Below are positions 38,884-49,298 of a stretch of 64,000 nt of DNA, in pieces. The notes beneath the pieces were generated by a model. The model was not told the origin of the DNA, ran no database searches, and was given only the letters and a program-made list of their open reading frames with translations. The DNA comes from a virus: positions 55,560-119,559 of the IMG/VR virus record IMGVR_UViG_3300003177_000005; one strand, written 5' to 3'. Numbering within the stretch: position 1 is the stretch's first letter; the number at the start of each line of letters is the position of its first letter. Position numbers and translations under genes: made by a program.

Positions 38884-40368
38884 ATGACCGAAGAACAAAC
38901 TAATGATACCCAAGAGGTTAAGGAAGAACAAGAAGAAAAAGTAATATCTGTTAAAAATGGTTCAGTAGATGCTTTTTTGAAATTTAAAGAATTGAAAGAA
39001 ATAGATCCTGTTTTGTTTGAAACTTTAATACCAAACTTAGAAGAAGAGAGAGCCAATCAAATAGTTGAAGACCTTTATAATAAAGGTCTTATAGACGAAG
39101 ATTTAAAAAATCTAGATAAATTATCTGAAAAAGAAAAAGTGGCGTTTACAACATTGTTCTATTTAGATAATGTTGGTTATGATTTAAAAGGTAAATTAAA
39201 ATTATTTAATCAACTATCGTTTAATGGTGAAAATGTCGGTTTACAATATGAATCAGTGAAAGGTAAAGGTGTTGTAAGTGGAGAAAAGGCTTTATTGCTT
39301 CTACAAAGTGAAACGGGTAATGGTAAACCTATAAGTAACTTTTTACCGACATCAGGATTAAAATTAAAATTAAAACCTTTATCTAGTAACGATGCATTAA
39401 CATTTGAACAAATAGTAGCTGATGCAGAAGTAGAGAAATTAGCCGATTATACATCCGCTCTTTTATCATCAACTTCATTTTATATCGTAAAAGCATTGGA
39501 TGTTTTATTAAAACGTCTCAAAATAGATACTAACTTGAAACAGGGTAAAGTTAATCTATCAGAGCTCATTTATGTAGATGATATCGGTTTTGTTTTTGCT
39601 GCTCTATTTGCTGGTAAATATCCTAATGGATATGAAGGGCCAGTTTATTGTAAGAATGCCTTTGAACAAGAAGAGATAGTAAATGAAGATGGTTCTAAAA
39701 CTAAAAAAGATAAATGTGATGTTAAAGGTCTATTGACAGTTAATCCATTATCAATGTGTTATACAGATTATGAAAGATTTAATGCTTCTAATATTGAACA
39801 TATGGCTCTAAATAAAGTTGATGTAGCTGATTTAACAAAGTATCAATTAAACCTTGATATTGAGTTTGAACGAGAAGTGAATATCCCTGTTGAAAATGGT
39901 AATGATTTAACTATCGTACTTTATAAACCGACTATTAAAGAATATTTGAAATTTACAACATTCTTTAAAGAGTTCTTTATAAACCGACTAGAAAAAATTT
40001 ATGAAATTTATGATGCGGAATATGATAAAGTTGCATTAAAAGAAAAAGTGATGGAAACTAATGTTTTATTTTCTATGTTAGGTTATATTTATTATGTTAA
40101 AAGTATAAGTATAAAAACAGATGAGGGAAAAGCCATAGTTGAAGATCCTAAAACAATTTGTACATTTATAATTAATAGTGTGCAGACAGAAGATATTCTA
40201 TCTAAGATTAAGAACTCTATAGATGATTTTAAAAGAGAAAACACTATAGCATTCTTTGGTACACCTTCTTTTGTTTGTCCTAAATGTAAAGAGTTAAATC
40301 AGGGTGGTTTAGAAAATATAAACCCACTTAACCCAATGGGTTTTTTCGTGAAAGCCCTCACTATGTAA
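38884..40368 (+). CDS. Conserved phiKZ-like protein (gp62-like; possible tail/baseplate assembly chaperone)
   Basis: 494 aa, C-terminal CPKC, ends just after a slippery GGGTTTTTTC. Confidence 0.7.
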   Translation: MTEEQTNDTQEVKEEQEEKVISVKNGSVDAFLKFKELKEIDPVLFETLIPNLEEERANQIVEDLYNKGLIDEDLKNLDKLSEKEKVAFTTLFYLDNVGYDLKGKLKLFNQLSFNGENVGLQYESVKGKGVVSGEKALLLLQSETGNGKPISNFLPTSGLKLKLKPLSSNDALTFEQIVADAEVEKLADYTSALLSSTSFYIVKALDVLLKRLKIDTNLKQGKVNLSELIYVDDIGFVFAALFAGKYPNGYEGPVYCKNAFEQEEIVNEDGSKTKKDKCDVKGLLTVNPLSMCYTDYERFNASNIEHMALNKVDVADLTKYQLNLDIEFEREVNIPVENGNDLTIVLYKPTIKEYLKFTTFFKEFFINRLEKIYEIYDAEYDKVALKEKVMETNVLFSMLGYIYYVKSISIKTDEGKAIVEDPKTICTFIINSVQTEDILSKIKNSIDDFKRENTIAFFGTPSFVCPKCKELNQGGLENINPLNPMGFFVKALTM

Positions 40369-40433
40369 CACCAAAAGAAGGTGACCATATTTTAACATTA
40401 CAAACCAAACATTCAGAAGCGTTTGATAAATTA

Positions 40434-40820
40434 GTGAATGAGGATATTTTTAATCTTATAGGTAAGTATAGTGTTCATAAACTTAATCTTATTTATAGGA
40501 AATCTATTACTCGTTTACTAGGTTTAAAAAGTGAAAGTGAAATCAATGGTTATAAAATAGAAGATATCGGTATTATAGAATATCACGATAATTTTTCTAT
40601 TACAAGTAGTAGTGAGAGGCGTGACTTGATAAAGAGTTATGTTGAGTTAAAGATAAATGATTTATTTAAGTTATCCTTAAAAGAATATCTAGACTTAAGT
40701 ATAGAAGAACTTTTAGATTTAATAGAGGTAGCTAATGAGATAAATAAAATAAATCATGATACAGCATCTGAGGTTCAAGCAAAAGTAGAAGCAGAACTAA
40801 AAGGATTAGCAAATGTCTGA
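40434..40820 (+). CDS. Conserved protein, probably the -1 frameshift extension of 38884..40368
   Basis: No RBS at the GTG; frame open from 40332 across the slippery site; LSLKEYLDL motif. Confidence 0.65.
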   Translation: MNEDIFNLIGKYSVHKLNLIYRKSITRLLGLKSESEINGYKIEDIGIIEYHDNFSITSSSERRDLIKSYVELKINDLFKLSLKEYLDLSIEELLDLIEVANEINKINHDTASEVQAKVEAELKGLANV

Positions 40821-41493
40821 TATAGCAATTTACACTGATGTTGATACACTTTTAGATACTAGATTAATAACTAGGGATTTTATAGATAAAGATTTAGCAG
40901 CAGATGAAATATTAAATGGTAATTATCATAATAGGTTAACAGAAGGTTTTGCTGGTTATGGACATAATGAGTTTAATTATCTTTATAAAAATAGAGATAT
41001 AAGAACTTTAGAAGCTAAACCATTTAGAACTAATGTTTTTAAGTTTTTAACAGAGTATGTCATATCAGCTTTAAAATCTATCATTCTTACTAAAGCAACA
41101 AGTGAGTTAATCATTTATATTGACTATAGTAGATATGGTGATTTAGATACTGTTATGGATGTTCTAGAGCCACATCTAGAATATTTTGGACTTAGAGATA
41201 AAACAACAATTAAATATTTAGAGGATGAACCAACACCAAGCTGGTTTTTGGATAATGTTACAGACATTATACTTTATGATGGTTTAGAAAGACTAAGAGA
41301 ATGGAGTATGGCTAATACATTAATTATGGGGTTAAAAGAAATAGACTTTTATACATCCCCTATTATTAATCCTAATGATTTCTTAATAGATAGTAAGAAA
41401 ACTAATATGAAGGAATTATTAGATCTTATTAAAGATAGTTTTGAAACTATTGTATCTATTGAATATCTGGAAACAAAAACCTTTTGCATATAA
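40813..41493 (+). CDS. Conserved phiKZ-like protein (gp77-like)
   Basis: N-terminal IYTDVDTLLDTRL; two genes upstream of the virion RNAP beta' piece. Confidence 0.65.
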   Translation: MSDIAIYTDVDTLLDTRLITRDFIDKDLAADEILNGNYHNRLTEGFAGYGHNEFNYLYKNRDIRTLEAKPFRTNVFKFLTEYVISALKSIILTKATSELIIYIDYSRYGDLDTVMDVLEPHLEYFGLRDKTTIKYLEDEPTPSWFLDNVTDIILYDGLERLREWSMANTLIMGLKEIDFYTSPIINPNDFLIDSKKTNMKELLDLIKDSFETIVSIEYLETKTFCI

Positions 41494-41547
41494 TATACGG
41501 TCTATATGGCTGTATATTATATGATAACATTAATAAGGAAAATTAAT

Positions 41548-42447
41548 ATGAAAACAATAGACGACCTTTTAGAACTAGGTCCAAGGGATATTATAAAACA
41601 TCCAGTAATATCAAACTTTTTGGATTTAAATAATCCAGGGCTATTTAAGAATTGGTATTTTATGGATATGTTTTTGAGAGATGTTCATCTTGTAGATACT
41701 GATTCCCTAATTGAAGATATAATGTCTAGAACAGATATTGAAGATCAAACAAAAGTTAATAACATAGTTATGATACTAAAAGAAAAGGCTCTAGAGATGT
41801 ATGAGAAGGTTGGGTTAATATTAAAACCAGATATCTCATTAGATAATATACGAAAATTTATATTTCTAGAGTATTACCTTATAGGATTAAGGGATCAAGA
41901 TTTTTTAGAAGACTTAGATTCTCAAATGACAGAACCTTATTATAGTTTTTTAAATGTTCTAACTAAATTTAATTACATCGAAACTTCTGATTATACTGAT
42001 ACGATTGAAGATGTAAAAGATTATTATCTAGAGGATTTGATTTTAAATTTAAAAGATGAAATTGATTATGATAAGAATTTAGAATTTTTACAAACATTAG
42101 TAAGATTTTATAAAACTGAAGTAGGTTTACCATTAGTTAATGATTTACAGTTTATTCCTGAAACTATATCGTTTAACGAGAACATTCAATACTATATAAA
42201 GAGATTTGGTAATTTCTTAACTAAACCTTTAGATAAAAGAACTATGGCTGGTTCTCTAATTTTTCTATTAGTTTTGTCTAAAGATGGTAGGGATAATCTT
42301 TTAGAAACTTATGATAGTATAAAAGAGTATATAACAAATTATGATAAAGATATAGATAACTTTATTTTCGCTTATAAACCAGTAGTTTCTCTTTTTAGTA
42401 AGAATGTTTTAAATAGAGTTTTAGAAGGAGACGATGATGACGATTAA
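41548..42447 (+). CDS. Conserved phiKZ-like protein (positional gp79 equivalent)
   Basis: AAGGA RBS favours the ATG at 41548; synteny. Confidence 0.6.
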   Translation: MKTIDDLLELGPRDIIKHPVISNFLDLNNPGLFKNWYFMDMFLRDVHLVDTDSLIEDIMSRTDIEDQTKVNNIVMILKEKALEMYEKVGLILKPDISLDNIRKFIFLEYYLIGLRDQDFLEDLDSQMTEPYYSFLNVLTKFNYIETSDYTDTIEDVKDYYLEDLILNLKDEIDYDKNLEFLQTLVRFYKTEVGLPLVNDLQFIPETISFNENIQYYIKRFGNFLTKPLDKRTMAGSLIFLLVLSKDGRDNLLETYDSIKEYITNYDKDIDNFIFAYKPVVSLFSKNVLNRVLEGDDDDD

Positions 42448-43750
42448 AGAATATTTCTTACTTATGGTCAAAAGGAAAATAGTAGTTAAATATGACTGGT
42501 TAATAGCTTCTTTAAATAAACTACCTAAAGATAGTGATAATAAGTATTATAAAAAGGTAAAGGGTAAGTTATTTGCTAAAATTGATGGTAAAGAAATTGC
42601 TATTACTGATTATAATATTGGTAAACCAGTTTTAGATAGTCAAATGGTTATAACACTAGAAAAAGGTGATATGTCTATTATTAAAGAAAAAGTAAAGACT
42701 CCAATAAGGAGAGCCTTACATAATGCAATGTTAATAGAGATAGCTCTTAATGGTAAAGGTGAATATATTAATAAACAATATGATCCTAATTTAGTTATTA
42801 ATACACTTATAGTACCAAAACTTACCGACAATCTAAAAGATAAAACTTTCGAAGAGTTAGGTAAGGTTAGAGATAAGGTATTTGTTAATGAGTATATAGT
42901 ATTTGTAAATGTCTTATCTATTTTAGCCAGTATTTCTAAATTTGTTACAGTAGCCTCAACTGAACGAGGTTTAAAACAAGCTGATGGTTTAGATGCTTAT
43001 AAAAAGGAAAGAATAAAATTTTATAAAGAAAAGTATGGTGAGAATGCATTTAAGGATTTTGCTATAGTAGCACAGTTGGAGAATGATTTAACAACTTATG
43101 ATGTTAATTACTTTAAGTGTGACCCAACTTTAGGTATAACTTTTGATGACAAGATTATAAAGATTTCGAGAAAGAAACGATTTGGTATGCTAGGTGCTGA
43201 AGAAGGATTTGTTAAAACACCAGATGCTAAGACTATTTTAGAACCACTTAAAGATGGTTTACCAAAGAATCCTGCTGACATAGCTAGTTTAAATAATGTT
43301 GCTAGAGTTGGTTCTTATATGCGTGGATTTGAAACTCGTATTGCTGGTGAGTCAGCTAAGAAAATGGCAGATGCTACTGTTGGTTTTAGTATAGTTAAAG
43401 GCGATTGTGGTTCTAAAAGATATGTTAACTTTTTAGTTAAAAAAGAGAATAAATCTTCTTTAATTGGGTTAAACTATTTTGATAACTCTGGAAAGACTAA
43501 AAGTATAACTGATGAAAATATTGATACATTTCTAGATAAGGTTATAAAGTTAAGGTTACCTGAAACTTGTAAGAAGTCTGGTGATAATATATGTGAAAAA
43601 TGTGTAGGTCTTAATATGGCAACTAGAGAAGGTGGTATACTATCTGCTGCGGTTGAATTAGGTGGTAAAGGTTTAAATGCTAAAATGAAAAGAATGCACG
43701 GTGTTATTTTGAAAACATTTAAATTAGACCCATTAAATATTGCATATTAA
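42434..43750 (+). CDS. Virion RNA polymerase beta' middle subunit (phiKZ gp80-like)
   Basis: Bridge-helix-like RVGSYMRGFETRIAG, GDCGS, LRLPETC..ICEKCVG, MKRMH. Confidence 0.85.
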   Translation: MMTIKEYFLLMVKRKIVVKYDWLIASLNKLPKDSDNKYYKKVKGKLFAKIDGKEIAITDYNIGKPVLDSQMVITLEKGDMSIIKEKVKTPIRRALHNAMLIEIALNGKGEYINKQYDPNLVINTLIVPKLTDNLKDKTFEELGKVRDKVFVNEYIVFVNVLSILASISKFVTVASTERGLKQADGLDAYKKERIKFYKEKYGENAFKDFAIVAQLENDLTTYDVNYFKCDPTLGITFDDKIIKISRKKRFGMLGAEEGFVKTPDAKTILEPLKDGLPKNPADIASLNNVARVGSYMRGFETRIAGESAKKMADATVGFSIVKGDCGSKRYVNFLVKKENKSSLIGLNYFDNSGKTKSITDENIDTFLDKVIKLRLPETCKKSGDNICEKCVGLNMATREGGILSAAVELGGKGLNAKMKRMHGVILKTFKLDPLNIAY

Positions 43751-43800
43751 AAATACAAAAGAAATGATTAAATGAAAATGAAACGAAAAGGAACAAATAA

Positions 43801-44574
43801 ATGGACGAATTAAATATAGATGAACTTGAGAAGTTAAACAATGAATTGGATGGAATTAAAGAAGATAAGGTTGCTGATAACCAATCTGCTACTAGTAATA
43901 CTGGTGGGAACAATAATAACGGGTCAAATAGTTATAGTAATAACCGTAATAATAACGGTAATAACAGCAATGATATTCAAGCTAATCCACCTAAACCTGA
44001 GGAATTGGATCCAAAGAATTTGGCAACTGCAAATGCGTATACTATAGTTGGTTGGGAAGATGTTCCAGATGAAATAAAAGAGAAGATGTCTTCTTTAGCT
44101 ATTAAACTTAGTGAGAGAGGTTATACATTAAGATTACCTTTATCAGATAACTTTAATCACCCTGTCAAGAAAGCTATGTTTGCAGCAGCTAGTCCTAGAG
44201 TTGAACTTTATTCACCTTGGAAGACATATATTAAAAAGGCTAAATTTGATGTTAAAGTTGACCCAGATGATGTTATATCAGAAAAACCATCTATTCAAGC
44301 TCATAAATATTTAAATGAGTTAATGGCAGTTAAGAAAGATACTGGAGAAAGAATTTACGAAAATTTAACTTTAGCTCAGAAAGGTTATAATGCTTGTCAA
44401 CTACAAACATTATTAGGGAAGAACTTAAAAAGTCCAGTTAAGTTTATACTTTATTTTGGTAATAAAGAACCATTCTTACCAAGTAGGGTAGCAAAGAAAA
44501 CTGGTGCAGCACTTATGGACATAGGCAAACCTGACTTTATGTCTTCATTTATTGAATATTTTAAAACTATATAA
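43801..44574 (+). CDS. DprA/SLOG-like protein with Asn-rich N-terminal linker
   Basis: YTIVG..VP..IKEKMSSLAIKLSERGYTLR, ELYSPWK, QTLLGKNLKSPVKFIL resemble phage DprA-like proteins. Confidence 0.55.
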   Translation: MDELNIDELEKLNNELDGIKEDKVADNQSATSNTGGNNNNGSNSYSNNRNNNGNNSNDIQANPPKPEELDPKNLATANAYTIVGWEDVPDEIKEKMSSLAIKLSERGYTLRLPLSDNFNHPVKKAMFAAASPRVELYSPWKTYIKKAKFDVKVDPDDVISEKPSIQAHKYLNELMAVKKDTGERIYENLTLAQKGYNACQLQTLLGKNLKSPVKFILYFGNKEPFLPSRVAKKTGAALMDIGKPDFMSSFIEYFKTI

Positions 44575-44584
44575 AGGAAACAAA

Positions 44585-45286
44585 ATGGGTAAATACAATA
44601 GAAATGAAAATAAAGGCAAAGGATTTAATCCTTCTGCTAAAACTAAAGAGTCTGGAGTTAACACTAAAGAAGATGTTAGCGATGATGTTGAAGAAGTTGT
44701 AGAAGAGCAAGTAAAAGCTACTGAAGTACAAGAAGAGACTAAAACAGATAATGTAGAAGTAAAAGGTGAAACTAACACTGATACAGAAGAAACAACTTCA
44801 ACTGATACTGAATCAGAAACTAAAGCTGATACTAAAGTTGTTGAAGTAACACCTACTACACAAATAGTTCAAAAAGGTTTAGAAGAAGAAACTAAACTAA
44901 CCGATAAACAAGTTTTTATATTAGAACAGTCTAAGGCAATACTTAAAACTCTAGATACTAAATTAGCCTTTAATAATTTAGTTGTTTTCCTTACTGTCCT
45001 CAAAAGATATTTAGCTAATGTTAAAAATCAAAATGAGACAAAGCTTTTCTTAAGAGAACTAAGAGATACTTTAGAAATAGAAAAGAACTATATTAGTTTA
45101 TTAGCTATTTGTAATCATGTTACAACTAATGAAACTGAAGTTAAAGTTGAAAAAGAGTTTACTTATCTTTTAACTATCCTTAAAGATGGTGTTAAAGAGA
45201 ACTTTGAGATTATTAATACATTTCAAAGAGAAAAATTAGATGCTAAGCTTGGTGAAGCTTTAGTCTTTTATGCTGATATCCACTAA
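44585..45286 (+). CDS. Hypothetical protein with acidic T/E-rich N-terminal region
   Basis: AAGGA RBS before the ATG at 44585; hairpin at 45274-45310. Confidence 0.7.
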   Translation: MGKYNRNENKGKGFNPSAKTKESGVNTKEDVSDDVEEVVEEQVKATEVQEETKTDNVEVKGETNTDTEETTSTDTESETKADTKVVEVTPTTQIVQKGLEEETKLTDKQVFILEQSKAILKTLDTKLAFNNLVVFLTVLKRYLANVKNQNETKLFLRELRDTLEIEKNYISLLAICNHVTTNETEVKVEKEFTYLLTILKDGVKENFEIINTFQREKLDAKLGEALVFYADIH

Positions 45287-45499
45287 GTCTTTTAGACTTA
45301 GTGGATATCATAATTTGCTGTCTAAATTAAGCTATTAATACCAAATAGGTTACTGATGTTACAAAAGATGTTTTTAAACAGAAATAAGCCTATTCTGTCA
45401 TACTATGAGGGTATTAAGTTCTACGAGATTTAAAATAAATAGAAATATTAAGTAGGTTTATTTACATAGTCACAGAAAGTGACTGTAAAGTAATTAATG

Positions 45500-47188
45500 T
45501 TATTTTTTCTTTTCTTCAACTATATTACTAATATCAAATAGCGTTGGTGCTTTCAAAAGTTTATTAGCAACATCTAATGTATTAACAGGTCCCATTATTA
45601 AGTTAATAAAACTTCTCTTCAATTCCCCAATAGGAATATTTTTAACATTTATTATCTCTCTGAGTGTTGTTAAACTACTTAAACCTAATGCCATAGTATT
45701 AGATGGATAAGAAGAAACTGCATCACTATCATAAACATGTGCTCTTATTCTAGTTATTAATTCAGGTATACCCTTGATTATTTTTAAACCATTATCCTTC
45801 ATACGGAAACCATCAAGTGTGACAATCCAATCATCTCTTCCCAATAACTCTTCAGGTTTTTTATATGGATCTCTTACACCCAAAACATGATACTCATTAT
45901 TTACTTTAGTAGTTAATGCGTAATGATAAATATCATCAACAATCTTATTAGGCCCACTAGTAAATTTATTTATAGAACTAAATTCTAACATGTTCAGGAT
46001 TTTAACAGATAAATCTTTTGTTTTATCTTCTATTACCCTCTGTAGGAATAAGTCAACAGCATTATAAATAACATATTCTAATGGTTTATTTATAACCATC
46101 CAATCGTGCCATTCCGCATCTGTTAATCCTTCAGGTACTCCGTCAAATAACTTTAACTTCTTAAACTCCCCTCTAGACACTTCTTTGGCTATTTCTTCTA
46201 ATTTAAAACTAGGTCTTTGTGCTTCGTGTGTTCTTAAGAATGCAAATGTATTTTGTTGATCAACAAAAGTAAAACGACTAGTTAGTTCATACTTATGCCA
46301 TAAGTCTGTTATCTTTTTAGTTTTCTTTTTACCATTAGCTGTTATCGTAGTTAAGTCATTACGAATGTTAAACTTAGCTATTCTATGCTTTTGAGGTACT
46401 TTTGGATCACAAAGTAAAGTACTTGGAGATACATTATTTCTTGTACACATTTCTAATATTGTGCTAATATCGTAAGTGATGTTCCAATATGTTAAGAGAT
46501 CTGCATTAGTATTGTTTATCCATTCAAAGTTATCTTTAATAACAGCAACTTCGTCTTCTACTAAAACCCATTCAGGTGTTATTGATTTTTTATAAATTGA
46601 TTCAGGTATATATTTTTCCCAAAGATGATTTAATCTATTTACTACATTAGTTTCATTCTTTAAGAATTTCTTACTAATACTAACTCTAATCTTATCTTCA
46701 AATAATGCACCTTGCATATATATTTCTTTTGTTTTAATACTTGCTTCGATATCAGCGAAGCAAACAGAGTATGGAGCACTAGCAAATTTACCATATTTCT
46801 GTTTATATTCCGATTTTAATATAGTTTCTATATCTCTATCAGCACCGTATACATATGGTGATGTTGCGATATCTCTTAAGTTGTTTCTATTATAACCCCT
46901 TTTACCTATTCTATTAGCTACAGTATTAACCATATCTGACTGTGTAACTCTTATTTCTTCAAGACAACTTTTCTTCTCAAATGCTTTTTTATCTTTATGT
47001 TTCCTAAAATATGGTTTAGTTATCCATACAGGTCTTTTATAATCTAGCAATAACTTAGTATTAGGTTCATTAGTACCATCATCGTAATAAATTCTTTCTT
47101 TAACATAAATCAAGTCTCTGTTAAAAGTAGAACTTTTTGGGATATGTACTGCATGTCTAACATCTTTATATAATATTTTTTTTGACAT
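45500..47188 (-). CDS. Split family-B DNA polymerase, exonuclease-containing subunit (phiKZ gp82-like)
   Basis: ExoI DIE, ExoII WNITYD, ExoIII YNAVD, polymerase motif A YDSDAVSSYPS; likely start ATG 47188. Confidence 0.85.
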   Translation of the reverse strand: MSKKILYKDVRHAVHIPKSSTFNRDLIYVKERIYYDDGTNEPNTKLLLDYKRPVWITKPYFRKHKDKKAFEKKSCLEEIRVTQSDMVNTVANRIGKRGYNRNNLRDIATSPYVYGADRDIETILKSEYKQKYGKFASAPYSVCFADIEASIKTKEIYMQGALFEDKIRVSISKKFLKNETNVVNRLNHLWEKYIPESIYKKSITPEWVLVEDEVAVIKDNFEWINNTNADLLTYWNITYDISTILEMCTRNNVSPSTLLCDPKVPQKHRIAKFNIRNDLTTITANGKKKTKKITDLWHKYELTSRFTFVDQQNTFAFLRTHEAQRPSFKLEEIAKEVSRGEFKKLKLFDGVPEGLTDAEWHDWMVINKPLEYVIYNAVDLFLQRVIEDKTKDLSVKILNMLEFSSINKFTSGPNKIVDDIYHYALTTKVNNEYHVLGVRDPYKKPEELLGRDDWIVTLDGFRMKDNGLKIIKGIPELITRIRAHVYDSDAVSSYPSNTMALGLSSLTTLREIINVKNIPIGELKRSFINLIMGPVNTLDVANKLLKAPTLFDISNIVEEKKK

Positions 47189-47390
47189 TCTAAATTCCTT
47201 TTCATTTAGCTTCAAGAAATTAGAGTAGTATTAAATAGATAATTCTCTTCAATATTAGGCTTTAAATGAATATTCAGATAAGGATACAGTATGAGCGGGT
47301 TAAAATATTTAAAAGTAAAATATAGAATAACTAAAATAATAATAACAATTTCTGTGATAGCACTAATAGCTTATTATGTAAAGGATTAAT

Positions 47391-48836
47391 ATGGATTTAA
47401 GAAGTTTTTTAGACTTAGAGATGATAACTTATCAGTCAGATGATAAGATAGTTAGAGAATTAGCTGATGGTTTTAATAAGATAAAAGCAGAGTCTCTTCA
47501 ATTAGAGAATACTACTTTTGACAATATGGAACTTAGATTAATGGAATTACCAACGGTAAAGACTATTATTAGAACAATGGAAGAGCAGTTGAAAGATCGT
47601 TTTGGATGGAGATGTAAGTTCGTTTATTCACCAACTACTCCTTTTGCAACTATACCTGTAGCACCTAGGATTAATAACGCATTAGGCAAGAACTTTTCTT
47701 CTGTTTATCAGTATATACATAAGTCGTTAGGTAGTTACGATATTACTAAAGCTAAAAGTTTAGATGAGCAAATAAGTGTAATGGATAAAAAAGACCAACA
47801 AGATGTTTATGCTTATGTAAAAAATAGTTTTGATACTTTATCTCAAGTTTTAAAGAATGATAAGATAATTATTGATAATAAAAAAGCAAAAATATATGGT
47901 TTACCAGATGATTATGTTGTTTATTATTTAATTAACCCCTTAAAACTAATTAGAGATTATAAATTAAACGATTTAGAATTTGTAGCTGATGTTCTACACG
48001 AGGTAGGTCATAATTATACATTTATAGAATATAGTTATAGAACAGCTAAATTTACAACATCAATTTTTGAAGCAATGGAAGAAAGTGTAAAGCACGGTGC
48101 AACAACTAGAAAACGAATAGAGTATATAGCAAAGAAGAATAATTTAGATATAGATATTTCTGATAAAAATGAAGCATCAGCTATGGTAGAATTAATAGAG
48201 AACGCTTATAGGGTTATAGGTAAAGTTGATATTAACAATGTTAATCAGAGTCGAGATAGTGAACAACTGGCCGACCAATTTGCAACTAGATTTGGTTTAG
48301 GTAAACATTTAGCTTCATCTCTAAAGAAGTTAACTGATGTAATGTTAATAGAACAATCAACGTTCTTCTTTAAGTCAACTATTACATTAGCTAGTATGTA
48401 TTCTATCATTGGTTTAATTATAGGTGGTATGGCAACAGCAACAACAGTTTTTGTCGCAACTATTGTATTTATGTATGGCGTTAGATTATTGAGTGAGATA
48501 ATAGCTAACTTCTTAATGGGTACTACGGATTCTCAACCAACAACATATGATGATAATTACAACCGTGTAAGAAGAATTAAGATTGATATGATTAGAGTTC
48601 TACGCTTAGAGAAAGATTTAGATAAAGATACAGTACAACAAATAATAGCGAGTTTAAATGGATTAGAACTTGTAGCTAAGGATATAGCTGAACACGATTC
48701 TTATTTGGCTGTATTAGGTGACTACTTACCATACAATAGTCGTAGAGCTAAGGTTAGTAGAATGGAACGCAAGATAGAGAATATAACTGAGAACGAGTTA
48801 TACATAAGATTAAAAGAAATACAAAATAAAGGATAA
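47391..48836 (+). CDS. Virion protein with zincin HEXXH motif
   Basis: LHEVGH, EQLADQFATRFG, hydrophobic segment, N-terminal DLE-MITYQ. Confidence 0.7.
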   Translation: MDLRSFLDLEMITYQSDDKIVRELADGFNKIKAESLQLENTTFDNMELRLMELPTVKTIIRTMEEQLKDRFGWRCKFVYSPTTPFATIPVAPRINNALGKNFSSVYQYIHKSLGSYDITKAKSLDEQISVMDKKDQQDVYAYVKNSFDTLSQVLKNDKIIIDNKKAKIYGLPDDYVVYYLINPLKLIRDYKLNDLEFVADVLHEVGHNYTFIEYSYRTAKFTTSIFEAMEESVKHGATTRKRIEYIAKKNNLDIDISDKNEASAMVELIENAYRVIGKVDINNVNQSRDSEQLADQFATRFGLGKHLASSLKKLTDVMLIEQSTFFFKSTITLASMYSIIGLIIGGMATATTVFVATIVFMYGVRLLSEIIANFLMGTTDSQPTTYDDNYNRVRRIKIDMIRVLRLEKDLDKDTVQQIIASLNGLELVAKDIAEHDSYLAVLGDYLPYNSRRAKVSRMERKIENITENELYIRLKEIQNKG

Positions 48837-48839
48837 AAG

Positions 48840-49298
48840 ATGAAAGAAGCCGTATTAAAACAATCTGTTATTAAACCAATAAACCGTAAAGCATTTAGCA
48901 AAGTATTAATGTCAGATGAATTTAGAAATATTAAAAAGATTGTAATAGACAAATATATAAACTTTGACAATAAAGATGTTTATCAATATCTAGTAGCCAC
49001 AGCAATATTAAAACTAGGACAATCAGAAAAGTTCTGGATTAAAACTTTAGCCAAGGAATTATATCCTGCGACTAATGCAGTTGATAGTTATTTAAAACAC
49101 ATTACACAATTACAAAAACTAGCTAAAGAAAAACCAATCTTTGATATTAGAGAAGATTTTATACCAAAAGTAGTAATTGAAAAAATTGATGCTAATAAGA
49201 AAGATTATAATACAGTTCTTTTAAATCTTGAAGTGTTATTTAGATCGTATCTAGGACTAGTAATGGAAGATGAAAGGGTGGGAAATGGAGATAACTAA
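48840..49298 (+). CDS. Hypothetical protein
   Basis: AAGGA RBS. Confidence 0.65.
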   Translation: MKEAVLKQSVIKPINRKAFSKVLMSDEFRNIKKIVIDKYINFDNKDVYQYLVATAILKLGQSEKFWIKTLAKELYPATNAVDSYLKHITQLQKLAKEKPIFDIREDFIPKVVIEKIDANKKDYNTVLLNLEVLFRSYLGLVMEDERVGNGDN

